From the human T2T-CHM13v2.0 reference genome, Homo sapiens: a DNA stretch of 64,000 nucleotides. Both the position numbers and the translations under genes were made by a program. Below, piece after piece: positions 21,579 to 39,216 of the stretch (positions are counted from its first letter, which is position 1; each line of letters begins with the position of its first letter). Location: NCBI RefSeq assembly GCF_009914755.1, contig NC_060925.1. The stretch is one strand, 5' to 3'. The notes below the pieces were generated by a model. It did not search any database. It saw only the letters and a list, made by a program, of their open reading frames with translations, and was not told where the DNA came from.

Positions 21579-24500
21579 AAAAAATTTCCTTCATTATATC
21601 ACAATGGTAAATATAAACAAATTAACTTTCTTGGTATGAAACATTTTCCAGTTTTGTGGGAAGTTTTTTTATCATTTTCATTTGGATAATGCTTTTGAAA
21701 CACATAGTAGAAAAACACACTACTTGATATATATCATGTATAAATTACATACATAATTTACATGTTTTACTAACATACAGCAGACACATATTCCATCTAA
21801 AAATAGCAAGCACAACATCATTCTGAAAGGGTGAGTGGATACAGTTGGACATCTGGACTAGACTGAGGGACTATTCAATGTGAAGCCGGAGTAGGGCCAC
21901 ATAGGAGAGAGCACTGAACTGACTGAAGGCTGGTTAATTTGCCCAAGACTGATCAAAATGACTCTGAGCTAGTATAAATTGCCTGCAGTTGTTTAAATAT
22001 ACCATGCCCCTAATGGAAAAGCAAATAACTGTATAAAGACAGTTAACAGAAAGAATATATATATGTCTTTTTAGTCCAGAGGGACATCACAGATGTCATA
22101 GAGAAAATATTAATTTGGCAATATAATAGAGAATTGTACATAACAACATCAGCTGAAGATCAGTGATTGCTTTCATTTTCTTTTAAAAAGGCTTATTTAT
22201 CATATTTTAAAGGTTCAAAATGCACAGTTCTTCAACTATATGACTACTATCTATAAACAATGCATATTAACTTATTAATATTCTAATTTTTAAAATTTCC
22301 TCAAGAAATATTCCAGAACACTTGTTGGTTCATCAAACCTTATTGAAAGATCTTGCACCATGCCCTAAGATCAGCAAGTAGAGGTTTTGGCTTACCAACA
22401 TAAAAGAATTTTAAAGATTAGTGCCTTCTAAGGAAAATATTCTGTTTTGAATTACCAGGATGGAGATCTGGGAATTTTTAGTAGCACTTTTTTGTTTTCC
22501 ACAAACAAAGATATTATCTTTAAAATCAATGTACAATTAATTTATCATTTCTACAGTAAAGTCATGTTTTATATCATTGTTTTGAGTTTAAATACATAGA
22601 ATTTAAACAATAGAACAGTCTATGGCCATTGTGAGGTTTCTCTACTCAGCAACAGAACATGCTGAAGAGAAAGCGGATTGAAATATCCGACATAAAATTC
22701 AAGCTATGGAACAACGATACTAAATTACCTGATAGAAAAATCACCTCACACAAAAATCATCTACTAATTTGGGGAAAAGGAGTGGTGAAAAAAGCATTTA
22801 AATATCTTTCCATTAGATTAAAAGATTACTGTCTCCTATCCAATATTGTAGGAGGAAATAAAATCCTAGATATTTAGGAAAAGGATCTGAACATGCTAAA
22901 AACAAGTGGTCTGCATTTACAAGTGTGATGGTGATTGATCTGAGAGGATGATCTGAAGATGTTTTAATGTAGTTGTGAATATGTTCGCATAGAAGAATGC
23001 TAAAAACTATTGAATTATATTGAATTTTGTCATAATTTATAGGCTATTAAATCATATTTATACAAAAAAGATACTTTGATAAATGTCTTTTCTTGGTACT
23101 TCTTAATTTATTCACTTATTCATTCAGTGTATATTTCAGTGAGAGAAAAGAAACACATAAGCAAGTTAATAAATCAATATTTATTTTGCATCTGTATGAC
23201 CTAGTTTAATATTTAAGACTCCTTCATGGATTGGGCTTTATTATCCCATTTTACAAATCAGGAACTCAGATTTGATGACGCTAAGTAACTTGTCCACAGT
23301 CACAAGCTAGTAATTTATAGCATAAGGATACAAACTGGTGTCTTTTTCTACTGCACTATGGCCAGATGGAAAGATCTTTCAGGAAAATTACCACAAATCC
23401 ATCAACTCAACAATCACATATTAAGGACCCATCATTATGGTCACTTAATAGGTTTACAGTCTTGGGACTAATTATATCTGAGGCTTTCCACATCTGTGAA
23501 ATGGGGGTAATAATACCTAATTTGCCATGTTATTGTAAATAATAAATGAAATGTGTGCAAAGTTCCTGGTACTCAGTAAGCCTTTAATAAATGACAGCTA
23601 TTACAGGAATACACAGTAATAGAAAATCCATGCTTGACCTCAAGGAACTTAAAAACGATTTGGGTAAATGAAGTTTACATATGGCATACTAAAGCAACTG
23701 GAAAGTAAGCAGGGTATAAGCAAGTGCATAGTAGTGTGTGGTGCACATTGCACCCAAAAGCACCCTTATCATGGAAAATCTTATAGAAGGCTAATGATAT
23801 GGATTTGAATGTCCTACAGTGGGAACCTTTCCTTACTGAGAAGAAAAATGTTTGTTTTTCTAGCATGTAACCTCTGAGGGTGTTTATGTCTAACAAATAT
23901 ATCAGGTGAACAATGGAAAGTGACTGCATGGACAGAAAATATAAAAATCATACATAAGCAGGTCTTTTGAAAGATACCTTTCATTATTTTGGAATAAGTA
24001 AATATTATGATACTCTGATACAAATAGGAATAGAAAAACAGCAAGGAGTTTCATAATCATTACAAAATGGGATCCATAATAAGTAGTATAGAATAGTGAA
24101 TGGCTTTAGGGCAAAATAAACTTGTTTCTAACTCTGGTACTTATTATGTATCACACCTTGGAACAGGCATTTAATCTTTCTGACCTTTACTTTCTGTATT
24201 TGAAAAATGGGTATAACAATATTTACAGAGTTGTAATATTTACAAATATTATTTATTAATAAAGTCACTTCAAACTCTAATACAGGAAACTTGAAAGGCC
24301 GTAAACCTATAGGTTTCCTGAGACCTAGATTTAATTATATTAATCAGAAAGAAAAGAAAACCCATCCTAGGTGACCATGACCCTGAGTAACACAGACATT
24401 TGTGAATTAATAAAAACTTCAAATTAAGACTTAAAATTATCACTCCAAGCAACTTTACATACCTATGCATCTGCTCAATATACAAGTACATTCAGTTTAA

Positions 24501-24958
24501 TAACCAATAGGTAATTTACAAATACCTATTATATGTGAGGTATTGTTCTATATGCTTGTATTCAATGGTAAGTAAGACACCATCTCAACTCTCAAGAAAC
24601 TAGCAATTTTGTGAGAAACAAAATGCCATGTACAGAATACAATAGAATATTAGGCATAATTGAGATGTAAAATAAATAACAAATTTCACTTGGAAAGTAA
24701 TAATAAGTACCTGAGAGAAACCAAACCCCATTTTCAGAAAGTTATTATTGAAGAATCAAGTAGACTTCCATTTCCAACAAAATGAAAATTAAATATCCTA
24801 AAAAATCTTGCCAGCACACAACAAATAAATTTTTGAAAACATATTTTGGAATGCAGAGTTGCATTAGTAAAAAAGTAAGAAAAATCTACAGAGACCAAAA
24901 ATGAGAGAAAGCCAAGTCCTGATGCCAGCTGCTCTGGGGGGCAGCTACTGATCCCTGG

Positions 24959-25347
24959 TGTATTCGTTTCGTGGGGCTGCTGTAAAAATGTACCACAAAC
25001 TCAGTGCCTTAAACAACCAAAATTTATTGTCTCACAGTTCTGGTGCCTGGAAGTCTGAAATCAAGGTGTTTATAGAATTGGTTCTTTCTGAGGGCAGTGA
25101 GGGGAATTGTTTCATTCCTTTCTCCTGGGTTCTGATAGCCTCAGGCATTCCAGGCTTGTAGATGGCTTTCCTTCAGTGTCTTCACTTTTCATAAAGACAT
25201 CAGTCATATTGAATTAGGGCCCACCCTAATGACTTCATCTTAACTCGATCATCTGCAAAGATCCTATTTCCAAATAAGGTCACATTCACAGGTACTGGAG
25301 GTTAGGACTTCAGCATCTTCTGGAGTGACACAGTTCAACTCCTAACA
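24959..25347 (-). mobile_element. MaLR solo LTR (MLT1-type)
   Basis: TG...CA termini, 5-bp TSD CCTGG at 24954-24958 and 25348-25352, typical MLT1 motifs (TTTATTGTCTCACAGTTCTGG, AAATAAGGTCACATTC). Confidence 0.88.
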
Positions 25348-25662
25348 CCTGGTAAACTACAAATTTCATTTTAAAGGGACTCAGAGAGGGATAAAAGCCA
25401 AAGCTTAGGGAAACTGCAAAGTGAGAAGACTGATAGAAGGCCCCTTTAAAAAGCTAGTATCCCAAAGGGTAGTACATCTAGGGAAAAGTTAAATTAAGTG
25501 TTTATTCAAAATTTTTGCTCATCTTTATGTTTCTGTTTTATTATCTTATTATTGAGTTTTGAGAGTCCTTTGTACATTCTGGATACAAGTCTTTTATCAA
25601 CTATGTGTTTTGTAGATATTGTCTCCTAGTCTGTGGCTTGTTTTGTCATTTTTCTTGTGTCT

Positions 25663-25792
25663 TTTTTTTTTTTTCCCCAAGACAAGGTCCCACTGTGTTG
25701 CCCAGCTGGGCTCAACTCCTGGGCTCAAGTGAGCCTCCCACCTCAGCCTCCCAAGTAGCAGGGATTACAGATGTGTGCCACCATGCCCAGCT
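25663..25792 (-). mobile_element. Alu monomer (FLAM-like) inside an old L1 fragment
   Basis: Single arm with poly-T; TSD-like TTGTGTCTTTT. Confidence 0.8.
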
Positions 25793-25859
25793 TGTGTCTT
25801 TTGAAAAGAAGTTTATAATTTAATGAAGTTAGGAAGCGCTGTATAAACTGATATGGAGT

Positions 25860-26260
25860 GATGAATAGATGAACAAAATATTGTATCTATACAAAGAAAT
25901 ATTTTTAGTCATAAGAAGTGCTGATAAATGCTACAACATGGATGAACCTTGAAAACATTATGCTAAGTGCAAAAAGCCAACAAAAAGACCACATATTGTA
26001 TAATTCAATTTATATTAAATATCCAGAATAGGCACATTTATACAGACAGGAGTAGATTAATGGTTGTCAGGGGCTGTGAGAGGGGGAGACTAGGAATGAC
26101 TGCTAATGGGTACAAAGTTCCTTTCAGGGTGATGAAAATGTTGGTGAACTGGATTGTGGTGATTGCTGAACAACTTTATGAATATACTAAAAACTACTAA
26201 ATTGTAAACTTTATTAAAAGGATGAATTTTATGAGATGTAATTATGTATCAGTTTTTTAA
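25860..26260 (+). mobile_element. Old L1M 3' end fragment
   Basis: ATGGATGAACCTTGAAAACATTATGCTAAGTG and related L1MB/ME 3' motifs. Confidence 0.75.
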
Positions 26261-26872
26261 AAAGGAGAGAAACAAATTTTTTTAAAGATGTACACCTACT
26301 GCCGTTTACTTAATACAAAGATAATGATGACTACAAATATAACTTGTTCTTTAGATTTTTAATTTATGTAGCTTCTTGGAGTACTGAAAAGAGTTTGTTT
26401 CCTTATTTCTTTCCCACTATAGACAATGAAGAAAAGCGTTTATTTTGCTCACTTCACTATCTAATTCCTAGCATGGTAACTAGAATATGGTAGGCACCCA
26501 GTAAATATATGTTGAATTTAAAAAGAAAGCAGAACGAGTGATAGAATTAAGAAATCCTATTTTCCCACAAATGTAATATTCAATTAGAAATTGAATTAGT
26601 TTCATTCAATTAGAATGAAACTTTGCTGGGGAACAGGATATTTACATAATCTCAAAGTATCCAATGGAGAGATCTTTTGGACACCACTTTAATCAAGTGA
26701 TCAAACTTAGCATGACCATAACGGAATGAACTCACCGTTGCCTCCTGATGTGATACAGTGGGAAGTACACAATATCAGCTATGAAGTATTCTTGCCAAGA
26801 ATGTTTAACCTAATTTTTGAAAGGCAATACTTAAAAACAGATTGTGAGACATTCTGTGAGACAATTGGCTAG

Positions 26873-27546
<674 letters not shown>

Positions 27547-28123
27547 TAGATTAAAAGTGACTAAAAAGATAATACATGCAGCAACAATGCATGGTCTTTG
27601 CTTGGATTCTCAACTGAATAAAGACAACTTTGAAGGACATTTGTGGACAATTAGGGAAATGTGAATATGGACTGAAGATTGGACAAGATTATCATATCAG
27701 TTTTAAATTTCTTGGGTGAGATAATGCCATTATGATTACCTGTAGGAGAATATCCTTGTTCTTAGAAAATACCAAGAGTTGATATTTTGAAAAGGTTAAT
27801 AATACTGATATACCTTTAGCTAGATTGACCAAGAAATACAGAAAACAAAATTTATTACTACAGATATTTAAAGGATAAAGGAAAATACTGTGAACAAATT
27901 TATGCTAAAATGAGAGAAAAAGAAAGAAAGAAATTGAATTCTTAATTTAAAACACTCCTGTAAAAGAAACTCCAGGCACGAATGGCTTTACTGGTTAATT
28001 TTACCAAACTTTTAAGAAACAATACTACACAAACTCAGAAAATAGAGAAGGGAGAAATAATTTTTGATTCATTTTATGATGTCAGCATAACCCGATACTG
28101 AAACAGGCATTACAAGAAAATAA

Positions 28124-28490
<367 letters not shown>

Positions 28491-28792
28491 AACAGATACA
28501 AAAATTCTTAACAAAATATTAGCAAATAGAATTCAGTAATATATAATATAGTTTGAGCAAGTGAAGTTTAGTGCAGAAGTCCAAGGTTGTTTTAACATTC
28601 AAAGGTCAATCAATTTAATTCACTACATTCACAAAATATAGGAGAAAAACCATATGGTCAATTCAATTGATGTAGAAAAAGCATTTGCAAAACTCAACAC
28701 CAATTCATGATTGAAAAAGAAACTCTCAAAAATAGTAAGAAAATAGAACTTCTTTATTCTCTAAAGGGCATTTAGGCAAAACTTACAGCTAA

Positions 28793-29090
<298 letters not shown>

Positions 29091-29393
29091 AGCTAACCTC
29101 GTATGTAATTGAGGTTTCTCTCTCAGATCAGAACAAGGTGAGGATGCAGACTCTACTTCTATTCAATGTTGCACTGGCCATCTTAGTCAACACTATCTTA
29201 GCCAACACTAAGCCAACTATATTGGCTCCAGCACAACACTAAAAATGCACATAACCTTTGATCCAGCAACTCTACTACTAGGAATCTACCCTAAGGAATT
29301 ATAAATTTCCCTTAAACTCATTTGTACAACTGTTTACTTGACATCTCTTATTGTGTGTCTAGTAGGCATCTCAAATTTATGATGTCCCAAACT

Positions 29394-29480
29394 AAACTTT
29401 TAACTTTTATTCTTTTAACTTTTATTCCATAAAACTTTTAACTTTCATTCCATGAAACTTTTAACTTTCATTCCAGGAAA
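29394..29480. repeat. Short tandem array with a ~23-bp unit (AAACTTTTAACTTTCATTCCATG)
   Basis: Two near-perfect units at 29432-29477 plus two partial units upstream, inside an L2-like remnant. Confidence 0.85.
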
Positions 29481-30171
29481 CCATGTTTCCTCTCAGTAAA
29501 CGGCCTACAATCACCCAAATGCTAAGGACAATCAATCTTGATTCTTCCTGTCTGTTATCTAAATTATTAGCAAATTCTGTCAGCTGCATCACCAAAATAT
29601 ATTTATGTTTTATATATACTTATATGTGTATGTATTATGAATCTGATGACTTTTTACCTTCTTCATCATCGTGCCTTACTGGCTCTAATTAGCTGGTATA
29701 CCAATCTCTGATGTAATCACTATGGCTTTGGCCAAACTTGAGTCATGCCCATCTCTGGGGCATTGAGTGATTTCTCCCCAAAGCATCTGGATGAATGGAT
29801 ACTGGCAAAAAGATAGATTTTGGCTAAAATGCTGTGGGATGACTGTTTAATTGCTTATGTTCTCTGTTATAAACATTAAAATTCTATACATATGTGGTAG
29901 ACTAGGAAAAATGGAAAGAAAAACAGCATTTAGTGTTATGGTGCGCTATAAAATATTCTCATGTGTAAACATAAGAAAACATGCTTGTTTTCAAATGTGA
30001 ATTAATTTATGCAACCTAAACAAATCTTTTTTTAGCATATTTTAAATTATCTAGAGCCAGTTTATTCTTTTAAAAATTCATATTAATACTTAATAAATCC
30101 TTTTTGACATAGAATGGAACAATTTGATGTTATATGCAATCATGATAAATTCCTTTATATGGCAAAAATGC

Positions 30172-30464
30172 TTTCTGTTTTGTGAGACAGAGTCTTGCTG
30201 TGTCACCCAGGCTGGAGTGCAGTGGTGCGATCTCAGCTCACTACAACCTCCACCTCCCGGTGCAAGCAATTCTCCTGCCTCAGCCTCCTGAGTAGCTGGG
30301 ATTACAGGTGCCTGCCACCACGCCCGACTAATTTTTGTATTTTTAGTAGAGACCGAGTTTCACCATGTTGGCCAGGCTGTTGTGGAACTCCTAACCTCAA
30401 GCAAGCCACCTGCCTCGGCCCCCCGGAGTGCTGGGATTACAGGAGTGAGCCACCACACCCAGCC
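30172..30464 (-). mobile_element. Alu (AluS-type)
   Basis: Full dimer, reverse orientation. Confidence 0.92.
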
Positions 30465-30467
30465 TAA

Positions 30468-30811
<344 letters not shown>

Positions 30812-31296
30812 AAAAATAGTTTTTTCTAAGGGGCTCTTTAATTCAGTGCTCACACACTTAAACATAAAAGTAGACCTGCTTTACATTTTTGTTCAAGTAT
30901 CCTTTAAAACCTCTGCTCAGTCTATTGCTGATTTATCTGGTTTCTTCATTAGACCCCCAAGAGAACAGTTTTCTTCATTTGAAATATATAATTGCCAATT
31001 AGGGCATAGTTCTAAACTTGAAACACAGTCTTATAAAAGTAACTGTAATAACTGCTTTAACTGCAAAATTTTAGAAGAATTATAACTCTTTAAAAGAAAT
31101 AAGTTCTTTACATTTAATCTCATATGATTGTTGCTATTCAAGAAAGTTATGTCTGTCGGATGCAATTTGTACATTCAATACACATGTACAAATTAGATCC
31201 AACAGTACCACTATATGTGAGGACTGTAATAGGTGCTGAGGTACAAAATCTTAATTTTTGCCTACATGGAATTATAATTTAGGCCTATTTATATAG

Positions 31297-32192
<896 letters not shown>

Positions 32193-32947
32193 TAATTTTA
32201 GTCCTTTTGAGTATGCCCATCTGTTTTATGCAAGGACCTTGATTAATACAATCTTTGTGAATATGTGATCTGAATGAAGGTTGATGTTTGAAATACTCAG
32301 ATTCTGGTTAGCTATAGATTTGTCTGAGTAAATGCATTAAAAAGCTAGCTGCTTATTTTTGAAAGTAACGCTCCCTCCACCTCCTTTATTCTTCATCTCA
32401 ACATTGTTTGTTTCCATAACTTTTATCTAAAGAGTTTTGTATTAATAACTCTTATCTAAGATTTAACCTTTTTACTTGCTTTTTTTATAATCTTCTCCAG
32501 TAGATTGTAAGTTACATGAGGACAGGGACCATGTTTATTTTTTCACCATTATATTCCTTGTGACTGCCATATAGTAGATAATACATATTTGCTTGTCCAC
32601 TTACTTAACAAACAATTATTAATTGAGCACCTACTATGTGCCAGGCCGTTTTAGGTTCTGGAAACAGAAAAACATGGCCCAAGTTCCTTCTCTTATGAAA
32701 TGAATAAAACATTGCCTTCCAAATATAGGTCTGTGTGATATTAGTCGCCCTTACATTAAAACAAGGCATTCTATGAACAAATATATTTGGGAAATATTTA
32801 CTTGAAAGTTAATTTTTTGTTGATTTTTGTCTCAGTTACTTAATAGGCACATTAGAATTTCCAGGAGGGGGTTGATATATATGCAGTGTTTTCCAAACTT
32901 TTAAATCACAAAGCCCTCTTTTCAATGAGCAAAGATTAAGACTTCAA

Positions 32948-33087
32948 GCCTGGCATTGTGGCTCATGCCTGTAATCCCAGCATTTTGGGAGGCCAAAGCG
33001 GGAGGATTGCTTGAGTCCAGGAGTTCAAGGTTACAGTGAGCTATGATTGTGTTACATGGTGAGACTCTGACTCAAAAAAACAAAAAA
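32948..33087 (+). mobile_element. Alu monomer (FLAM-like)
   Basis: Single arm with A-tail. Confidence 0.8.
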
Positions 33088-33281
33088 ATCAAGGTAGGTC
33101 ATAACTTTTTTATGGAAGGTAGGAGAATGGTTGTTGTTTTGGATTTTTTGGGTCAGGAAAAATTTGACTAAAGGTACAAATTACCTGTCAAGTCCATTCC
33201 CATTTGTTATCCTTTAATTGATTAAAATTATACAATGCCCAATAATCTTTATGAATTTAGGAACCAGTGATGACTCTTTTA

Positions 33282-33617
<336 letters not shown>

Positions 33618-33736
33618 TTAGTGTAATAATTTGCTCCTCAAGAGATGTGCATGACATTTAAACAGTTGGTATAATATCAAAATCATCAGTGTTCAATTCA
33701 AGGTCATACCAACATAAATTTAATCTATTTTACTGA

Positions 33737-33982
<246 letters not shown>

Positions 33983-34109
33983 TAATCGCTATGTATTTGA
34001 AAAAATTTATCATCATTGAGCCTCAGTTTCTTCAACTATAAAATGAGGTAATAATAGCTACCTCACAGGATTAAGTAAGTTCATATACATAAAATTTCTC
34101 TCCTGAGTG

Positions 34110-35425
34110 GGAGATTACCGACAAGCCAGGGGAACAGGCTAGAATAATCCATGTGGTAGTGGACTAGAGTTGGAGATATCAGTAAGAACTCATGTTTAAC
34201 TTAATATAGATACAAATGGTTACATTTATAAATATTTACAGATATGTGTATACACATGGATTAGTATACGCACATATATTTCTTTGATCTATCAGCTGAG
34301 AAGGCCTAGAAGAAATGATACGCCATTAGCAATGAGCAGACTTAGTGCCCAGATCTTGGTTTCTAATACTATTCTCTATGAAAAGGATCCAGGGCTTCTT
34401 GGAGAAATAGCTGATTCTAGGAACTGGGGCAGCAAATACACAAGATGAACCTGGATCATCTTGTAAGTAAGGAATTTTTCAAAACACCCCCCCCACACAC
34501 ACACACAGATGGGATATGTCAAGGGGGCACAAAAGCCCATTGAAAGAACCCATAATGACCAAAAGTGAAACAATTTGAGCAATAAAATAAATAAAGTAGC
34601 ATTGGATTATACCCAAACTATAAAATAAATATCTACGAGTCCATACTAATATAAATAAATGATTGAATAAATTGATAAATTGAAGCAAATAGATACATCT
34701 CTCATACCAAAGAATTCCAAATATATTATGCAGATACTCCACCCTAAAGAAGGGGAGCCTCTCCACTCCTGAAGTGTGGGCTGCATATAGTGACTTTTCT
34801 ACCAAAGAGTACAGTATGGAAAGGCAGAAAAAAAGAGACATTTTACAGTGGAAAACCCTGACAAACACTACTTTAGTTGGATGATGAAGGTCAACATCAA
34901 CTGTCCTAAACCGTGTTGGTGGTATATAATCCTGCTGTGTGATAAAAATGGCACTTTACATTCGTGATCTTCCTTTAAAAAATTTATAACCCCAGTCTAA
35001 TCATGAGAAAAACATTAGACAAATTCTAATAGAGAGGCATCCTACAATATAACCTGACCAGTACTCTTCAAAACTGCCAAGGTCATCAAAAACAAAGTCG
35101 GAGAAAATGTCACAGCCAACAGGGGCCTACGGAGACAATAGAACTAGATGTAATGTGGGATCCTGGATGGGATTATGGAACAGAAAAAGGACATTAGGTA
35201 AAGCTTAAGAAAACATGAATAAACTGTGGACTTTAGTTAATAATAATGTATCTTTTGGTTTATTAATTATAACAATGTACCATACTATAATGAAAGATGT
35301 TAATAATAGGGGAAGCTGTATGGATCGGGTCAGGGATATAAGGGAACTCTCTGTACTTACTATCTGCTCAATTTTTCTGTAAATCTAAAACTGTCCCAAA
35401 TAATAAACTTGATTAATTTTTTAAA
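34110..35425 (+). mobile_element. Old L1 (L1MC/L1MD-type) 3' UTR
   Basis: Characteristic 3'UTR blocks (GAGATATCAGTAAGAACTCATG, CCCAGATCTTGGTTTCTAATAC, GGATCCTGGATGGGA, TCTGTAAATCTAAAACTG). Confidence 0.75.
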
Positions 35426-35779
35426 AGCCTCTCATGATGCCTGGTATGTGAAAGCTGATAATCATTGTTATCATCATTATCATTATTAATAATATAACCT
35501 ATGTTTTTCTAATTTATACTAGTTTATGGTCATAAATATAATCTTAACTTATAATAATCATCCTTGTTTCAATGGAAGCCACTGTGGCATAGAGAAGAAG
35601 CATGTGAGCTTTAGAGAAAAGCACACAGATTAAAAGCCTGGCCCTGAATCTTTACAAGCTTTGTGACCTTAGGCAAGTTGTACTTTACCTCTCTAATTCC
35701 CTCATTTTAAGGATGGGGCTAAAAATAGCACCTACAATGACTGTATAAGGTTACTGATAGAATGACATGTAGTAAGGTA

Positions 35780-36500
35780 AACATTCTTTCATTCATTCTA
35801 TTCATTTTTATCGAGTGCCTACTGTGAAGAGAACCAAGAAAGAAAAGGGCTTTTTTTTTGATGGAGGGAAGACAGAAAATAGTAGGAGTTCAGTTTTAGA
35901 CCTGTTGAATTTGAGATGCTTATTAGATCTCCAAGTGATAAAGTCAAATAAATGGTTATATATAAGTGTCTCGAACGCTGAGAAGAGGTTAAACCTGGAG
36001 ATAAAATTTAGCTTTACGGTTTTGGGACTGGGTAAGTTAACCTGGGGAACATGCCAACAATTAGAGCTCAAGTATCAGAAGAATCAGGAAAAAATAAATA
36101 AATGGCTGAAGAAAAAGAACCAGAGAGGTGAGGAGAAAAATCAGGAGACAATGATGTCATAGACATAAGAAAGAAAAGTTCAAGAAGAAAAGTGTTGAAG
36201 ACTGCAAAGAGGTCAAGTAGAATGAGGAAAGATTGTATTTGGTAATACTAAGGTTGTTGGTGACACTGGCAAGAGTAGTCTCAGTTACATATGAAGTAAT
36301 AAGGGCAGAAGCCAAAATGAAGTGGGTTGAAGAGTAAATGGGAGATGAGGAAGAATGGACAGTGAGTGCAGAAAAGCTTGAGAATTTTGCTGTGAAAAGG
36401 AGCAAAGAAATGAGGTGATAGGTGAAGGTGAATTTAGTGTCAAAGGAAGGTTTCTAAATATAAGATACTAGAGTATGTTTGTAGGAGTAGAATGATCCTA
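35780..36500 (-). mobile_element. L2 fragment
   Basis: CATTCATTC end motif and GAGTTCAGTTTTAGACCTGTTGAATTTGAGATGC; purine-rich. Confidence 0.65.
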
Positions 36501-37270
36501 TGAAAAGTAAGAAATCTAGTGTACAGCTGGGTACTTAAAGAGGTTTTTTTAGGTATTATTATTACTATGATTATTATTATTGGATCTCCAATCTCCCACC
36601 TCCAAAATCTCACCCAGCTATGTCTGAAAGTCTGAGCATATCTCATGTGAGGTCATGAATAGTCCCTCTTCTACCATCTGTCATGTAGTACTCTTCTGCT
36701 AGACTCCCTTCAGTGAAATCTCCTGACTTCCCACTGCCTGTAGTATTACTTAACGATGCCTCTGCACTGCCACTGGCCCTGATGCCTAGCATCTTGAATA
36801 TTCTGATGTTCATTCCAAAGGCATTATCTCCTGATGCCCCCAAAGCTGATAGAAATCCTTTAGGTGCCAAAATAGTATAAACTTCTTCAAGTTCTCAGTG
36901 GGCAATATTTGGGGCAGAAGAGGTGAGAATGCCCTTCTCCCTCACTTTATATACCTGGGAACCAAGCAAAGCCAATTGTGACTTATGGTCTCCCAGAGTA
37001 ATTTCTAAAAATAGCCATTTGGGGAAATCAGACAAGAGAACAAATTAAAGGGCATCCAAATTGGAAAAGAAGAAGTCAAATTATCATTGTTTGTAGATGA
37101 TATTTTCTGATATTTGGAAAAATCTAAAGACTCCACAAGAAACAATTAGAACTGATAAACAAATTCAGAAAAGTTGCAGGATACAAAATCAACATACAAA
37201 AATTGGTAGTGTTTTTATATGCTAACAGTGAACAATCTAAAAAAGAAATTAAAAAGTAATCCCATTTACA

Positions 37271-37661
<391 letters not shown>

Positions 37662-38517
37662 TCACTGATGAGAGAAATTGAAGAGAACATCAAAAAATGT
37701 TAATGGAGTGGAAGAATCAATGTTAAAATGTCCATACTACCCAAAGAAAGCTACAGATTCAATGCAATCCCTATCTAAATACCAATAACATTCTTCACAG
37801 AAATGGAAAAAAAAATCCTAAAATTTATATAGAACAACAAAGACCCAGAATAGCAAATCTTAGGATAAAGCAAAAAGAACAAAACTGGAGGAATCACATT
37901 ACCTGACTTAAAATTATACCACAGAAATATAGTAATCAAAACAACACGGTACGGGCAGAAAAACAGACACAATAGACCAATGGAACAGAATAGAGAACCC
38001 AGAAATATATTCACACACCTACAGTGAACTCATTTTTGACAAAGGTGCTAAGAACATACATTGGTGAAAGGACAATCTCTTAAATAAATGGTGCTGGGAA
38101 AATTGGACCTCTATCTGCAGAGAATAAAACTAGACCCCTATCTCTCACGATATACAAAACTCAAATGAAAATGAATTAGAGACTTAAATCTAAGACCTCG
38201 AACTATGAAACTACTAAAAGAAAAGTTGGGGGAACTCTCCAAGACATTGGTCTGAGCAAAGTATTTCTTGAGTAATACCCAAAAAGCACAGGCAGCCAAA
38301 GCAAAAATGGACAAATGGGACCACATCACATGAAAAAGCTTCTGCACACCAAAGGGAACAATCAACAAAGTGAAGAGACAACCCAAAGAATGGGAGAAAA
38401 TATTTGCAAACTATCCATCTGACAAGGGGATTAATAACTGGAATATATAAGGAGCTCAAACAACTCTATAGGAAAAAAATTTAATAATCCAATTAAAAAT
38501 GGACAAAATAGTTGAAT

Positions 38518-38816
38518 AGCCAGGTGCGCGGTGGCTCACGACTGTAATCCCAGCACTTGGGAGGCCGAGGCGGATGGATCATGAGGTCAGGAGTTCAAGA
38601 TCAGCCTGGCCAAGATGGTGAAACCCTGTCTCTACTAAAAATACAAAAAAATTTAGCCAGGCATAGTGGTGGGTGCCTGTAATCCCAGCTACTCAGGAGG
38701 CTGAGGCAGAGAATTGCTTAAACCCGGGAGGGGAGGATGCAGTGAGCCGAGATTGCGCCACTGCACTCTAGCCTGGGTGACAGAGTGAAACTCCATCTCA
38801 AAAAAAAAAAAAAAAG
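38518..38816 (+). mobile_element. Alu (AluSg-like) in L1
   Basis: Full dimer; TSD AGTTGAATAG. Confidence 0.93.
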
Positions 38817-38848
38817 TTGAATAGACATTTCTCAAGAGAAGACATACA

Positions 38849-39216
<368 letters not shown>

